The notes: a model not told the origin generated them from the sequence alone. 64,000 nt of DNA from Candidatus Bathyarchaeia archaeon (GCA_038883715.1 JAVZLS010000001.1:1-64000), one strand, 5' to 3'. Shown: positions 38,185 to 49,407, numbered from the stretch's first letter. A program made the numbers and translations.

Positions 38185-39369
38185 CTAACATGAGCTGCCT
38201 AGCCTTTTTCGATGAGAGTCTAGGAAATCTTTGAATCTCGATAATCCTTCTTTTAAGGCTTCAGTTTTGCATCCATAACCGATGCGTAGGTATCCTTCCA
38301 TTTCGAAGCATGAGCCCGGGACTAATAGTGTTCTCTTTTCTTTTATGAGGCGAAGGCAAAGGGCTTCTGATGGCATTTTTAGGCTATAACGAAGGAAGGC
38401 TATGCTTCCCGCCCTTGGAGGAATCCAATTGATTAATGGTTCATTTTCAATCCATTTGGAGAGAATCTGGTGATTGGTGCGGACGATTTTGAGGTTGCGT
38501 TTAAAGATCTTATCCACGTTTTTAACGGCTAGAGTCGCGAGGGCATCATCTATTAAACCATTGCTAATTGTTGTATAATCTTTATGAAGCTTGCATTCCT
38601 CAATAATCTCCTCGCTGGCGGCTATCCACCCTAACCTCAAACCTGTAAGCGAAAAAGCCTTAGAAAAAGAACCGGTTGCTATGGCATTATCACTTAAATC
38701 GGCAACGGATGGAACGTAATCGTCTGGGTTTATGTATAAACCCCTATAGGCTTCGTCGCAAAGTAAATAGGCCCCTGCATCTTCTGCAAGGGAGCAAATT
38801 TCTTTCAAAAACTTATCGTCAAAAAGAGCTCCGGTGGGATTGTGGGGATTTATAAGCACGATGAGTTTGGTTTTGTCGTCGACAAGTTCAGATAATTCGT
38901 TAATATCTGGAAGCCAGCAGTTTTCTTCTCGCAATTTTAAAAATTTAACGTTGGCGCCGAAGGATTTGGCTACGCTGTAGAGCTGCTGATAGGCTGGAAA
39001 AATGGAAATAACCGTATCTCCGGGTTCAACAAGAGTGTAGAAAACAAGGAAGTTTGCGCCTATAGCTCCACCAGAAATGAGAATGTTTTCTGGTTTCATG
39101 CGCTTGTATAGTCTCGCAATTCCCTCTCTGAGCTCTGGAGAACCGTCAACGAAGCCGTATGTAAGTTGTGTTCCTTTGAACTCTTCAAAAAACTTTTCTC
39201 TGCCCATAAGGATTAGAAATTCGCCTAAGGTGAATGGATTGACACATGTTTCTGCAAGGTTGAGCTCCACTTCATGTTCGTAGGAGCCTATGAATCTTTC
39301 AACTAGGAATTTATCCACTTTCATGTTTTTCAGCTCTTTTGAACTTTCAAATTTTGACATGTAAGACAA
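38185..39369 (-). CDS. PLP-dependent aminotransferase class I/II
   Basis: NPHNPTG, DEAY, SFSKAFSLTGLRLGW. Confidence 0.92.
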   Translation of the reverse strand: MSYMSKFESSKELKNMKVDKFLVERFIGSYEHEVELNLAETCVNPFTLGEFLILMGREKFFEEFKGTQLTYGFVDGSPELREGIARLYKRMKPENILISGGAIGANFLVFYTLVEPGDTVISIFPAYQQLYSVAKSFGANVKFLKLREENCWLPDINELSELVDDKTKLIVLINPHNPTGALFDDKFLKEICSLAEDAGAYLLCDEAYRGLYINPDDYVPSVADLSDNAIATGSFSKAFSLTGLRLGWIAASEEIIEECKLHKDYTTISNGLIDDALATLAVKNVDKIFKRNLKIVRTNHQILSKWIENEPLINWIPPRAGSIAFLRYSLKMPSEALCLRLIKEKRTLLVPGSCFEMEGYLRIGYGCKTEALKEGLSRFKDFLDSHRKRLGSSC

Positions 39370-39441
39370 TTAAGTTTTCTGGTGAATGCTGGTTAACATA
39401 AAGCATATGAATGTGTTTTAATCAGATTTTGATGAGCAACC

Positions 39442-40803
39442 TTGCGGTTTTCTCAAAGGCTTGTAGATAGGTGTTCGCCAAACGTTTGGCTATTTGATGT
39501 TCTAAGGGATTCAGGTGTGGCTGCGGATGTAAGTTATAATGGAAGTCAGGTTGTTGTTAAGGCTTCTAGAAGCGGTTTATGTGTTGCTTGTAAGGGTTCA
39601 CGTTTTCTCTGCGGAAAGACTCGTTGTCCAATAATTGTTAGGGCTAACTACTTCTTGAAAAGTGTTCCGTTGATGCAAAGTGAGGATATTGCTGGGGCTT
39701 CTCCTCCAAGTGTTTTTGTTGGTAGGATTGGCTATCCATATGTTTACGCTGGACCCCTTGTTCCGCCTGTGCAAGAGGACACAAGCCTTTATGACCTGCC
39801 GGAATACTGGTTTGGAAAATCTATCGACGAAATTGTTGGTTTCCGCTCTATGCTCATTCGTGGTAAGCATCGTGTTCATGTGCAGAAGTTTTTGGAAGCT
39901 GGAAAAATTATTGAGAAAACCAGGGAGCTTGCCTTAGCTGTTAAACCCGTTGATGTCGAGCTTCTTTTGAAGAAAAAACCTAGAGGCTTCATAGTTTTGG
40001 ACGATGAAGTTCAGCCTTTTGGTCCTTCTGCGCCCATACGCGACTTAAGGGTTGGATATGCCCGGTGGGATCATCAAATTGAGAAAGCCTATTATGATAC
40101 GGATTTGAAGGCTGCGGAGGCGGTTTTAGAGCTTTACAACAAAGGTGTTTTGGTAACGAAGATTCAAAGAGCTTTTAGCGTTGGCGCCTTTGGTATGGAA
40201 AAGAATAGGCGTCTTGTGCCAACCCGCTGGAGTATAACAGCCGTTGACAGCATAATCTCAAAGGAGCTTATGGAAAAAGTGAAGACTTTTCCAGAAATAA
40301 GCGAATATCGCGTTTACGAGTCTCGCTATTTGGACAACATTTTTGAAGTTTTAATGATTCCGGGCAAGTGGAGCTATGAAGCCATAGAGGCTTGGTATCC
40401 GGGCACCGTTTGGAACCCCCATGGAAGAAGTGTTATAATGTTTTCCGACTGGGAAGGCTATGAGGGGCGAACAACATATGCTGAAATTGGTGGATGCTAC
40501 TACGCGGCGCGTTTGGCTGTCTGCGAACAACTCGTTAGGGAGCAGCGCCAAGCAACGGTCATAGTGCTTCGGGAGGCTCATCCTGGCTACATAATGCCGG
40601 TCGGCGTCTGGCAAGTTCGTGAAAACGTTAGGAATGCCATGCGCCAGAAACCCTACACTTTCAAAACTTTAGATGAGGCCCTAAAGTTTATTGCAAGCCG
40701 CTTTAAGATTCCTATTCGCCAGTGGATTATGCGCAGCGAACTTTTAAAGGATGCCCTTTTCCAGAAAAGGATAACGGATTTCTTGGAAAAAGTTAAAGGC
40801 TGA
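39442..40803 (+). CDS. nreA: Nre family DNA repair protein
   Basis: CVACKG..LCGKTRCP, SPPSVFVGRIGYP, LVPTRWSITAVD, C-terminal PIP-like QKRITDF. Confidence 0.9.
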   Translation: MRFSQRLVDRCSPNVWLFDVLRDSGVAADVSYNGSQVVVKASRSGLCVACKGSRFLCGKTRCPIIVRANYFLKSVPLMQSEDIAGASPPSVFVGRIGYPYVYAGPLVPPVQEDTSLYDLPEYWFGKSIDEIVGFRSMLIRGKHRVHVQKFLEAGKIIEKTRELALAVKPVDVELLLKKKPRGFIVLDDEVQPFGPSAPIRDLRVGYARWDHQIEKAYYDTDLKAAEAVLELYNKGVLVTKIQRAFSVGAFGMEKNRRLVPTRWSITAVDSIISKELMEKVKTFPEISEYRVYESRYLDNIFEVLMIPGKWSYEAIEAWYPGTVWNPHGRSVIMFSDWEGYEGRTTYAEIGGCYYAARLAVCEQLVREQRQATVIVLREAHPGYIMPVGVWQVRENVRNAMRQKPYTFKTLDEALKFIASRFKIPIRQWIMRSELLKDALFQKRITDFLEKVKG

Positions 40804-40814
40804 CGGTTAAAGCC

Positions 40815-41420
40815 ATGTCGAGGATAAGAAAGTTTTTGGCAACATTATATCACGCCTTTTTCAACTTTGTACTCAACTCGTTTAAGAGCATCAACCGAAA
40901 GATTAGGTCGAAGCTTCCAGTTTGGCGCATGAAAGAGGAAACAAGAGAGCACGTCCAGTCATCCATAAAGGTTTTCAAGTGGATAATCTTGCCTGCAAGC
41001 CTCCTCTACGTTTTCCTAGAGTTCTACTTTTTCGGCGAAAATGCCCTGGACACAATGCTCTGGGGGTTGGCGGTTTTCTTTTACAGCAACTTCCTACCAG
41101 ACTTACCGTCCATATACAGAAGAAAAGCCAAAAACAATGGTGGGAAAGATCTTTCATGGTATAAACGCTACGCCATACTTTTATTCGCGCCATTGCTTGT
41201 TTGGATTTTGTTTTCGGGTATACGACTAAACTGGAGAACCACGGAAACCTACCATAACTTCAAATCTTTAACAGTTTACTGCGTTTTCCTCTTTTTTGTT
41301 GGCTTTTTCGCCTTCGTGAAATTTCCCGTACAAACTGGGAATTTTATTAAAATTCTTGTCTTTCCGCTTTATGGTTTAGCTGGATATCTGACGCATTTAA
41401 AAGTGGATAAAATCTGGTGA
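40815..41420 (+). CDS. Membrane protein, possible metal-dependent hydrolase
   Basis: Multiple TMs; LPDL, HNF, HLKVD motifs. Confidence 0.65.
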   Translation: MSRIRKFLATLYHAFFNFVLNSFKSINRKIRSKLPVWRMKEETREHVQSSIKVFKWIILPASLLYVFLEFYFFGENALDTMLWGLAVFFYSNFLPDLPSIYRRKAKNNGGKDLSWYKRYAILLFAPLLVWILFSGIRLNWRTTETYHNFKSLTVYCVFLFFVGFFAFVKFPVQTGNFIKILVFPLYGLAGYLTHLKVDKIW

Positions 41421-41536
41421 GGTATTAGACAATGGTTGCTAAAACTTCCCAAACTATGCTGCTTTACGGAGAAAATAATTTATAAACGCTGACGTAGTTA
41501 GTTTTGGTTTTCCAGAGTTTACATTTGGTGCATTTA

Positions 41537-42472
41537 ATGGTAGAGATAATCATTCAAGCTTTGGCGCTGTTTGCCTCTTTGGCTGTCTTAGCGACAGCCA
41601 GCTTTTTCGCCATAAAACATATTGAAGATTTTATGGAAATCATCCGTCTAAGCGAAGTTGCAGCTGGATTTGTGATCTTGGCGATTATGACTTGTATGCC
41701 TGAAATAACTGTAGCGGTTTTTTCAGTGCAACATGGCACAGCAGGAATCAGCATAGGCGACATTTTAGGTTCACATCTCTTTAACATTGGTGTAGTGGTC
41801 GGGTTATTAGCAACGTTCGGTTCTTTAAAAAAATGCAGGACAGAAGCGCTGGTAGAACTTATTGATTTACTTTTTCTCGCTTCTATCATACCTTTACTTC
41901 TCGTTGCATTCAAGGCAGCCAGTTCCATTATCGGTGTTCTATTAATAGTCATTTTTGTTCTAAGTTTTTATAGGATGAGCAGAAAGCGGCGACCTCCCAC
42001 TTTCGACCATATTAAAGATAGACGCGTGGAAAGGAAAAAACCACTTATAATCCTCATTACAATCCTCATTACAGTTGCTATTGTTGTGTTGTCCGCTAGA
42101 ACCACCATCACATCAGCTATTGAAATTATTAAATTAGTGGGCATCTCTCAGCCCGAAATCGGTGCCAAGATAGTGGCAGTGGGCACATCTCTCCCTGAAC
42201 TTGCTTTTGGGCTGGTAGCTCTCAAAAGAGGAAGAGTACACCTTGCTTTGGGCGACGCCATTGGCGCAAACCTTACAACTATAACCTTAGTCTTGGGCAT
42301 AGTTTTACTTTTCGCGCCGTTTGCAATCGAACAGCTAATGTTCACTGAAATTCTCATATTCGTGCTCATAATGAACCTCATTTTATGGAGGTACTTGACA
42401 AAGGGAGGAGTAACACAACTTGGCGGAATAATCCTCATAACGGTCTACATAGTGTTTCAAGCAATTTTCTAG
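41537..42472 (+). CDS. Na+/Ca2+ antiporter (CaCA family)
   Basis: TCMPE/GTSLPE and GDILGS/GDAIGAN alpha repeats. Confidence 0.9.
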   Translation: MVEIIIQALALFASLAVLATASFFAIKHIEDFMEIIRLSEVAAGFVILAIMTCMPEITVAVFSVQHGTAGISIGDILGSHLFNIGVVVGLLATFGSLKKCRTEALVELIDLLFLASIIPLLLVAFKAASSIIGVLLIVIFVLSFYRMSRKRRPPTFDHIKDRRVERKKPLIILITILITVAIVVLSARTTITSAIEIIKLVGISQPEIGAKIVAVGTSLPELAFGLVALKRGRVHLALGDAIGANLTTITLVLGIVLLFAPFAIEQLMFTEILIFVLIMNLILWRYLTKGGVTQLGGIILITVYIVFQAIF

Positions 42473-42556
42473 TTGTTGGTAGGTTAAAATAAACATGCAT
42501 ATTTTAGAGCAAAGATTTTAAGGCAAATTATTAAACTAAGTGAAAGGTTTCATAAA

Positions 42557-43786
42557 ATGCTTGACCCGGTAACACTTGCGTTGGCTTTGGCTGGCTCAAT
42601 AATTGTGATAGGATTTTTAGGCAACTACTTCTTTGAGCGCACCGGTTTCCCTGACATGATTTTCCTTATAATTTTGGGCATGCTGGTTGGACCCGTAACA
42701 AAATTGGTGGACACCGAGCAGTTCATAATGCCGCTGGCTCCATACTTCGCTGCCCTAGCCTTAGTCTTCATATTATTCGACGGTGGAATGGCTATGAATA
42801 TTTACCGCGTTTTCACCGAAAGCCCTAGAGCCACTGTGTTGGCTGTTGGGGGTTTTGGTTTAAGTGTTGCAGCCACAACATTGTTTGCGGCTTTGTTGTT
42901 GATGCCGGACAAACCAGTAACATACTCGTTATTGTTAGGAACCATTCTCGGAGGAAGCAGCAGCATAGTCGTGATTTCACTTGCATCAAAGATAGGGGTT
43001 AGCGAAAAATGCTCAACAATACTCAGCCTCGAATCGGCGCTGACGGACATTTTATGCATTGTTTTCTCATTAACAATTATTGAGATAATTCTGGGAAGCG
43101 CCGTTGAACCTATATCTATTGGGCAGGCGATTGCAAGCAAATTCTCGATAGGAATTGTGCTTGGAATATTTTTCGGACTTTTATGGCTAAGTGTACTAAA
43201 AAAGATTGTGAAGGCGCCATACGCTTACATTCTCACACTAGCTGTTGTGCTACTATCCTATGCTGTTTCAGAAACCCTAGGCGGCAGCGGAGCACTATGC
43301 TGCCTACTTTTCGGTATAGTGTTAGGGAATGAAAAGGAGATTTACAGAATGCTTCGAATGGAAAGGCCAACGGAAACTGTTATTGATGCTGGGCTGAAAA
43401 GGTTTGAGTCTGAAGTGGCATTTCTACTGAGAACATTCTTTTTTGTTTACATAGGCTTAATATCAACAATAAGCGACGTAAAAATAGCCCTTCTAGGCAT
43501 AATCCTCTCCTTCATACTATTACTAGCCAGATTTGGCGCCGTGCGATTAGCAACAGCCCGCTGCAGCGAACTCGCCGAAGAACGTCCAATAATGAGTGTA
43601 ATTCTAACAAGGGGTTTGGCGGCCGCCGTATTAGCAACATTGCCTTTGCAGTATTCTGAAGCGAACCCCACTTTTAAAGAGCTGTATAAAATCTACATCA
43701 ACATAGTTGTTTTGGTGATTCTTGTAACGGCGGTAATTGCCACAATAGGCATACCAATAATAAAATGGAGAGCCAAGAAGGGATAG
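42557..43786 (+). CDS. Cation/proton antiporter (CPA1/NhaP-like)
   Basis: ILFDGG, LESALTD, FFFVYIG, RGLAAA. Confidence 0.88.
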   Translation: MLDPVTLALALAGSIIVIGFLGNYFFERTGFPDMIFLIILGMLVGPVTKLVDTEQFIMPLAPYFAALALVFILFDGGMAMNIYRVFTESPRATVLAVGGFGLSVAATTLFAALLLMPDKPVTYSLLLGTILGGSSSIVVISLASKIGVSEKCSTILSLESALTDILCIVFSLTIIEIILGSAVEPISIGQAIASKFSIGIVLGIFFGLLWLSVLKKIVKAPYAYILTLAVVLLSYAVSETLGGSGALCCLLFGIVLGNEKEIYRMLRMERPTETVIDAGLKRFESEVAFLLRTFFFVYIGLISTISDVKIALLGIILSFILLLARFGAVRLATARCSELAEERPIMSVILTRGLAAAVLATLPLQYSEANPTFKELYKIYINIVVLVILVTAVIATIGIPIIKWRAKKG

Positions 43787-45468
43787 TGGCAAGACATTTA
43801 AAGGATTCACGTAATACCTTCATTAACGGTGAAGAATTGTCGCATAAAATTGTAAGGTTAATGCTTCCTTTTTCGGTTCCAGCTGAAAACCGCAAAGAAC
43901 CCTTCACGGCAGACATGGAAAAGGCAACCATCTATTGCTTTGCAGAAGCAGAAAGGGAAAAGGGTGGAGGCCTAATATTAAGAAAGACAGAGGAGAAAAC
44001 GGTTTTCTTAACAAAGTTTTGTTATCCCTTTTGGCTTGCACCATGGAATACGTTAAGCCTAGTCTTTGATGGATTAAAGCAGTCGGCTTATACGGCAACC
44101 TATAAGATTATACCAGACGCTAAAGCATTCATAGAAAACGCCCATAGAAGCGCAAAATCCTTGGAAACCTACATGGCCTTTCTGTCTGACAATCTAAACT
44201 ATTTTCAAGTACCAAGCGGCGACAGAAGAGTCACAATAGATGGACTAGTCAGCGAAACCCAGTTTCTCAGCGAGTTTAACAAATATCTTTCAGAAGTCAG
44301 ACAAATAGAGCCGACGCCCTCCGAAGCTGTTCTGCTAAACCCGCTGGTTGACGAGTCGGCGATCTTGTCAGCAGTTGAGGAGCTTGGAAGATTAAGAGAG
44401 GATTTCGAAGTCGAAGTTGCTACGCTGAAAGAAAGTATAAAGCTCCTTAACAAGACCACAAGAAACTTCGTAAAAGAGATACGTGGAAAAATTAGGGCTG
44501 TCAGAGCAGAGTTTGAAGAAGTTATTAGAAAGGAAGAGGAGATTGCAGCGCAAAGGATCAACAAGGTAAATGAGGAATATGAAGAGCAGAGAGCCAAACT
44601 GATAAAGAATTTTGAGAAGCAGCTTCTGCCATTGCAAAAGGAGAAGGTTAAACTTGAAAAGATGAAAGAGCAGACGCTTAGAAAAATCGAGCAATACAAT
44701 TTAGAAGCCAAAACATGCGCAGCTAAAAAAGATAATGTTGGAGAGAGAAAATGGAAGGAAAAAGCCAACGAGGCGAAAAGGGAGCTGTCTGAAATAAACA
44801 GGAAAGTCGAAGAAGTGGAGGAAAAAATTAAGGAAGTGGAGGAAAGCGAATCCGCTGAAACCTTCAAACTAAGGTCTGAATGGGAGGCGAAAATTAAAGA
44901 GGCTAGAAAAAATCTACTTGAACTGGAATCCACTCGCGACGCGAAAATACAAGTCCACAAACAAGAAATGGAAAAGTTGGAAAACATGGCTACTCACATA
45001 ATTGCACAAATAAATAACACAATGAAGTTGAGGGAGGCGGGTTTAGCAAACATAAAGGGGCTAGGAATCCAACAAGAAAACAAACAGCTAAGCCTGGTTT
45101 ACATTCCATTCTATATGGTTTGTTATGAAGCGGAAATGAAGAAGCGCTACCTGATTTTTGCACCATCCACGGTGAACAGCATAGGCTTCACTGCAAGGCT
45201 TAAAGGCGCCCTTGGAAGGGCAAAAATTAAGCACCTATTGACTCCTAGGTTTAAGGCAGTAACGACGCTTCTGGAGAGGCTCCCAGCATTAATGGAAAGG
45301 GATGCAGCCTTTGCTAGGGAAATTCACGAGTTTGGAGATAAAACAAGCATGCTTGGCGAAGGCTCTAAATGGAAATCATTGGAACAAGGATTAAAGAAGC
45401 TGAAAGAAGAGGGTTGGCTTTCGGAAAAGGAGTTTGAGGCTTTTAGCCAAAGGCTGACAACACTTTAA
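43765..45468 (+). CDS. Long coiled-coil hypothetical protein
   Basis: Central heptad region flanked by YPFW and YIPFY domains. Confidence 0.75.
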   Translation: MESQEGIVARHLKDSRNTFINGEELSHKIVRLMLPFSVPAENRKEPFTADMEKATIYCFAEAEREKGGGLILRKTEEKTVFLTKFCYPFWLAPWNTLSLVFDGLKQSAYTATYKIIPDAKAFIENAHRSAKSLETYMAFLSDNLNYFQVPSGDRRVTIDGLVSETQFLSEFNKYLSEVRQIEPTPSEAVLLNPLVDESAILSAVEELGRLREDFEVEVATLKESIKLLNKTTRNFVKEIRGKIRAVRAEFEEVIRKEEEIAAQRINKVNEEYEEQRAKLIKNFEKQLLPLQKEKVKLEKMKEQTLRKIEQYNLEAKTCAAKKDNVGERKWKEKANEAKRELSEINRKVEEVEEKIKEVEESESAETFKLRSEWEAKIKEARKNLLELESTRDAKIQVHKQEMEKLENMATHIIAQINNTMKLREAGLANIKGLGIQQENKQLSLVYIPFYMVCYEAEMKKRYLIFAPSTVNSIGFTARLKGALGRAKIKHLLTPRFKAVTTLLERLPALMERDAAFAREIHEFGDKTSMLGEGSKWKSLEQGLKKLKEEGWLSEKEFEAFSQRLTTL

Positions 45469-45998
45469 ATGGTTTTTAATTCCTTGAACTTTTTGATGGC
45501 GTATTCGACGATTTTCATGGCTTCTTTTGCGTTTTTCCATTCTTTAAACCTAACCCACTTGTGAGGCTCAAGACGCTTGTAGGTTTCGAAAAACTCTTGA
45601 ATTTCTTTAAGCTTGTGGGGGTGGATGTCACCTATATCTTTGTAGCCGTCGAATCTGGCGTCGTCCACAAGCACTGACAAGATTTTGGGGTCTTCGCCTT
45701 TTTCATCCTCAATGATTAATGCGCCTATAACCCTAACCTTCACTAGGCATCCTACCTCGAGGGGCTCATAGCTTAGCGCCATTATGTCCAGCGGGTCTTC
45801 GTCGTCAAACCATGTTTGGGGCACAAAACCGTACTCAACAGGGAAAACCACCGATGATGGTATTATGCGGTCCAGAACGAAAGTTTCCCATTTAATGTTG
45901 TATTCATACTTGTCCCTCGAGCCGCTGATAACCTCAATGATCATGTTTAAGATTTCTGGTGGTTTTTCTCCGCATGGGATATCACGCCAAAGATTCAT
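45465..45998 (-). CDS. ppa: Inorganic pyrophosphatase (family I)
   Basis: KYEY, YGFVPQT, DDEDPLD, FFETYK. Confidence 0.95.
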   Translation of the reverse strand: MNLWRDIPCGEKPPEILNMIIEVISGSRDKYEYNIKWETFVLDRIIPSSVVFPVEYGFVPQTWFDDEDPLDIMALSYEPLEVGCLVKVRVIGALIIEDEKGEDPKILSVLVDDARFDGYKDIGDIHPHKLKEIQEFFETYKRLEPHKWVRFKEWKNAKEAMKIVEYAIKKFKELKTI

Positions 45999-46045
45999 AA
46001 CAGACGCCGAAAGTCAAACTGTCCAACCGAATATTTAGGCTTTTG

Positions 46046-46957
46046 TTATTCCTCTCTAAGCGGCCTCTTCTTGACCTCGAATTTTTCCGTGCCGTATTTT
46101 GCGTAGAGCTCCTTTCTCAAGGCTTCGAGCATCTCTATCTTTCTACCAGAAAACTCGGCTGCTGTAACAACCTTGACGCCGCGTTTTTGGGCTTCCTCAT
46201 AAACTGGTTTTATTCTCATTTTATAGTTTAGGTCGCGTAGGAAATGGTGGTCTAAAACGATTGTGTGGACGCTTGTCTCTTTTATAGCTTTGATAAGGTT
46301 ACTACTGGATATTTCAAGGCTTTTGAAAGAGAAGCGGTAACCAAGCATATACGTCATTGGCCCATCAACAAAGAGCACGTCCGGCTTCTCGTTTAAGATG
46401 AAGACTATTTGATCATCAAGCGACAGTCCCTCTACGTCTGAGGTGTGAAGGAACTTTTCGCCACCACTTTTTATGCATGTTTCAGTTACATAGCCAAGTC
46501 TTGGGTTTGTTCCGTGGCAAACAGCCTTTGAAAATGTTATGGCGGTTTCGCCAAACTGGAAGCTTTTGCCGTCCGCAATCTCCAGCCTTTTCGGCAAGTT
46601 TCTGATGGCTGCTAGGAAGTAGGCAACCCTATCCCTTTGGCTTCTGTTTATATTTTCCGTCGGATGCTTTATGAAAACCGTTTTTCCGCTATAAAGCTCC
46701 GGATAATCTGGGTCATGATGGTCATAATGATAGTGTGTTACAACAAGCACTTCTGATTCTTCTGCGTACTGCTTTATAATGTTCCATGTCTCGTCCAGCC
46801 TCTGCCACTCGAGTGGATGCGGCTCCAAGCCATAGCGCAAGGGCGCAAGAGAAACGCCCGGGTCTATTAGGATTTTTAAGTTGTCAGTTTCTACAAAAGT
46901 CGCCATTGAACGAACTCCAAAACTGTCAAAGGCTAAGGGCAATATCTGCCTAATCAT
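46046..46957 (-). CDS. MBL-fold metallohydrolase (UPF0282)
   Basis: DSFGVRSMAT, THYHYDHH, DHHFLRD. Confidence 0.88.
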   Translation of the reverse strand: MIRQILPLAFDSFGVRSMATFVETDNLKILIDPGVSLAPLRYGLEPHPLEWQRLDETWNIIKQYAEESEVLVVTHYHYDHHDPDYPELYSGKTVFIKHPTENINRSQRDRVAYFLAAIRNLPKRLEIADGKSFQFGETAITFSKAVCHGTNPRLGYVTETCIKSGGEKFLHTSDVEGLSLDDQIVFILNEKPDVLFVDGPMTYMLGYRFSFKSLEISSSNLIKAIKETSVHTIVLDHHFLRDLNYKMRIKPVYEEAQKRGVKVVTAAEFSGRKIEMLEALRKELYAKYGTEKFEVKKRPLREE

Positions 46958-47757
46958 TTGGTTTCCTCCCCAAAGAAGGCTTCAAGCCTTTTTATTTCAG
47001 CCCTTTTCAGAATTTCCGCGCACTTTTTAGGGTCTAAAGCCCTGAACTCCAATCCAAGGGTTTCAAGAAGTCTCTGCACGTCTTTAGCTATGTTTGGCGC
47101 TACAAGGATGCCGCGCACCTCGCGGTTTGTTCTACTTTTGACAGCCTCTATGTATTTGGCTAATTGGAAAACAGCCTCTTTACCAGCTGTTTTGCGCTTA
47201 ATCTCAACAACAACAAAACGTCCATCCTTGTCAACGCCGTAAACGTCCACGAACCCGGGTTCCACCTTCTTTTCATAGCTTACGGGTTTGAAGCCCTTTT
47301 CCAAAAGGGATGGCTCTAAAAGTATGGCTTTGTGCATGTCCTCTTCGCTGGCGTAGAGTGAAAATTCTCCAGAGTCTGCGAGCGCCATAGCCGAAACCAA
47401 ATGAATTTTGTCAAAGAAAACTCTCACGGATTCCGAGGGTTTTCGCCTCACAGCGTGAATTTCCAATATTCCGTCTTTAACTTGTGTGTGGAATAGGCAT
47501 CCGGGCGGTTGCCAGTTTACTGGTTCATATCCCACTGAGCGGTGCACGAGCAATGAGCCGTCCTCCTTTATGATTAGTATACGCTCGCCTGGTTCAAGCT
47601 CTGACCTAGCTCTGCCGAGGTAATGAACCCAGCAATTGCCAACCAAAAGGAGAGTTTTCCTTTGGGATAGCGCCTCCCTAACTACTTCTCCAGCCTCAGC
47701 CGTATTTGGGCTTACGAGAACGTTAAGGGGCCTTGAAGTGGACAAGCTTTCAGCCAA
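46954..47757 (-). CDS. nucS: Endonuclease NucS/EndoMS
   Basis: YLGRARSEL, KEDGSLLVH, EPVNWQPP, VVEIKR, QLAKY. Confidence 0.93.
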   Translation of the reverse strand: MAESLSTSRPLNVLVSPNTAEAGEVVREALSQRKTLLLVGNCWVHYLGRARSELEPGERILIIKEDGSLLVHRSVGYEPVNWQPPGCLFHTQVKDGILEIHAVRRKPSESVRVFFDKIHLVSAMALADSGEFSLYASEEDMHKAILLEPSLLEKGFKPVSYEKKVEPGFVDVYGVDKDGRFVVVEIKRKTAGKEAVFQLAKYIEAVKSRTNREVRGILVAPNIAKDVQRLLETLGLEFRALDPKKCAEILKRAEIKRLEAFFGEETK

Positions 47758-47803
47758 ATAGTTTTAGAATCCCTTATGCTAGATAAAACTTCTGAAGATC
47801 CTC

Positions 47804-48373
47804 ATGAGCGAGTGGGAGCTGAAACGCGATAACATCCAGCACTATGATTTGACGGCGAAAAGCTACGATGAACAGTATGCCGAGGAGCAAAAAGCTAAAA
47901 TCGAAACCGCCTTAAAAAGCGTAAAAATCGGCACAAATTGCCTGATCTTGGATTATGGCTGCGGGACAGGCCTGCTTTTTAAGTACGTTGCTGAAAAAGC
48001 CGCCATGGTGGTGGGGCTGGATATTTCAAAGAAGATTTTGGCGGAGGCTAAAAGGCGGGCTAAAGCCCTCGGTAATGTATATTTGGTTTTGGCTGACGCT
48101 GATTATCCGCCCTTTAGGGATAATGTTTTCAGCCATGTTTTTGCTGTAACTTTACTTCAGAACATGCCAAATCCGGAGAGAACTTTGGCGGAAATTTGCA
48201 GAATAGCAAAAAAAGACGCTTACATAGTTGTTACGGGGCTGAAGAAGAAGTTTTCTTTGGAGGTTTTTGATGGTTTATTACGCAAGCTTGGATTAAATGT
48301 AATTGAAATTTCAAAAGGTAATGAAAGCCTAAAATGTTATGTGGCTGTTTGCAAAAAGCCCAGTCATCATTAA
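47804..48373 (+). CDS. Class I SAM-dependent methyltransferase
   Basis: ILDYGCGTG, GLDIS. Confidence 0.9.
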   Translation: MSEWELKRDNIQHYDLTAKSYDEQYAEEQKAKIETALKSVKIGTNCLILDYGCGTGLLFKYVAEKAAMVVGLDISKKILAEAKRRAKALGNVYLVLADADYPPFRDNVFSHVFAVTLLQNMPNPERTLAEICRIAKKDAYIVVTGLKKKFSLEVFDGLLRKLGLNVIEISKGNESLKCYVAVCKKPSHH

Positions 48374-48474
48374 ATTTTGTGGCTGCTTAACCTAAACTAT
48401 ATATGAAAGTGGAGGTTAGAGCTATACTCTTACATGTTCACTGATGGAAAATTTGGGGACCTGGTGGTTGACAG

Positions 48475-49407
48475 ATGCCCCTTAAAACCTTGAAAAGGGA
48501 AACCGCGGAAGCTCTAATCCTTGAATGGGTTTTGCACGCGAAAAATTATAGGTTAACCCTTGACAGAAGGCTGTGTGTTGGATGTGAAATTTGCACTTTA
48601 GCATGTCCAAAAGAAGCCATAAAACTTGAGAAACAGCCAAAAACCCCTGATGGAAGAGCACAGCGGGCAAGGGTTGACATAACCCTTGAAAAATGCAACT
48701 TCTGCGGAATATGCGATATATTATGCCCGTATGGAGCAATCAGAGTGACAATTAATGGAGAACACGTTTTGAATGTTGTCGAGAAGGAAAGTTTTCCACA
48801 GCTAATCCGCGACATTCAAGCGGATACAAGCAAATGCCCAGTGGACTGTGTTGAATGTGAGAAGGCTTGCCCCCTAAACCTTATTAAGGTGACACGGCTT
48901 ACTCCGGAAGGAAAGATTGTTGAAGATTTAGGCTCTTTAACGAAGAAAGAGAGGAAGGGCTTAAAGGTTAATGTTGATGTCGAGAAGGAGCTTTGTCCAT
49001 GCTGCAGAATATGCGAATTCAAATGTCCGGAAGGGGTTCTCCATGTCCGCAAGAGTTTCTATGGAAAGATAAGCATAAATCAGGATAAATGTCCAGAGGG
49101 TTGTAAAGACTGCCTTGATGTCTGCCCAATAACTGGGGCGCTATATTTGTCCGAAGCAGATAAGAAAGTTCACGTGAATGAAACTTTCTGTGTTTATTGC
49201 GGAGCTTGCAAGGTTGTTTGTCCGGTGCCAGAAGCCTTAGAGCTTAAAAGAACCAAGATTATGCACACTCCTGTTCGCTCTGGGGCTTGGAACAAGGCCT
49301 TGGAGCGTTTGGCTTCTCCTCTTGAAATTACTAAGGAGTTGAAGGCTAAAGGTTCTCAAAAGGCTTTGGAATCCGTTGAGAAAAGATTGGGTTGGAGGGT
49401 CCCATAA
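48475..49407 (+). CDS. Polyferredoxin (FwdF-like)
   Basis: About six CxxCxxCxxxCP-type motifs. Confidence 0.88.
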   Translation: MPLKTLKRETAEALILEWVLHAKNYRLTLDRRLCVGCEICTLACPKEAIKLEKQPKTPDGRAQRARVDITLEKCNFCGICDILCPYGAIRVTINGEHVLNVVEKESFPQLIRDIQADTSKCPVDCVECEKACPLNLIKVTRLTPEGKIVEDLGSLTKKERKGLKVNVDVEKELCPCCRICEFKCPEGVLHVRKSFYGKISINQDKCPEGCKDCLDVCPITGALYLSEADKKVHVNETFCVYCGACKVVCPVPEALELKRTKIMHTPVRSGAWNKALERLASPLEITKELKAKGSQKALESVEKRLGWRVP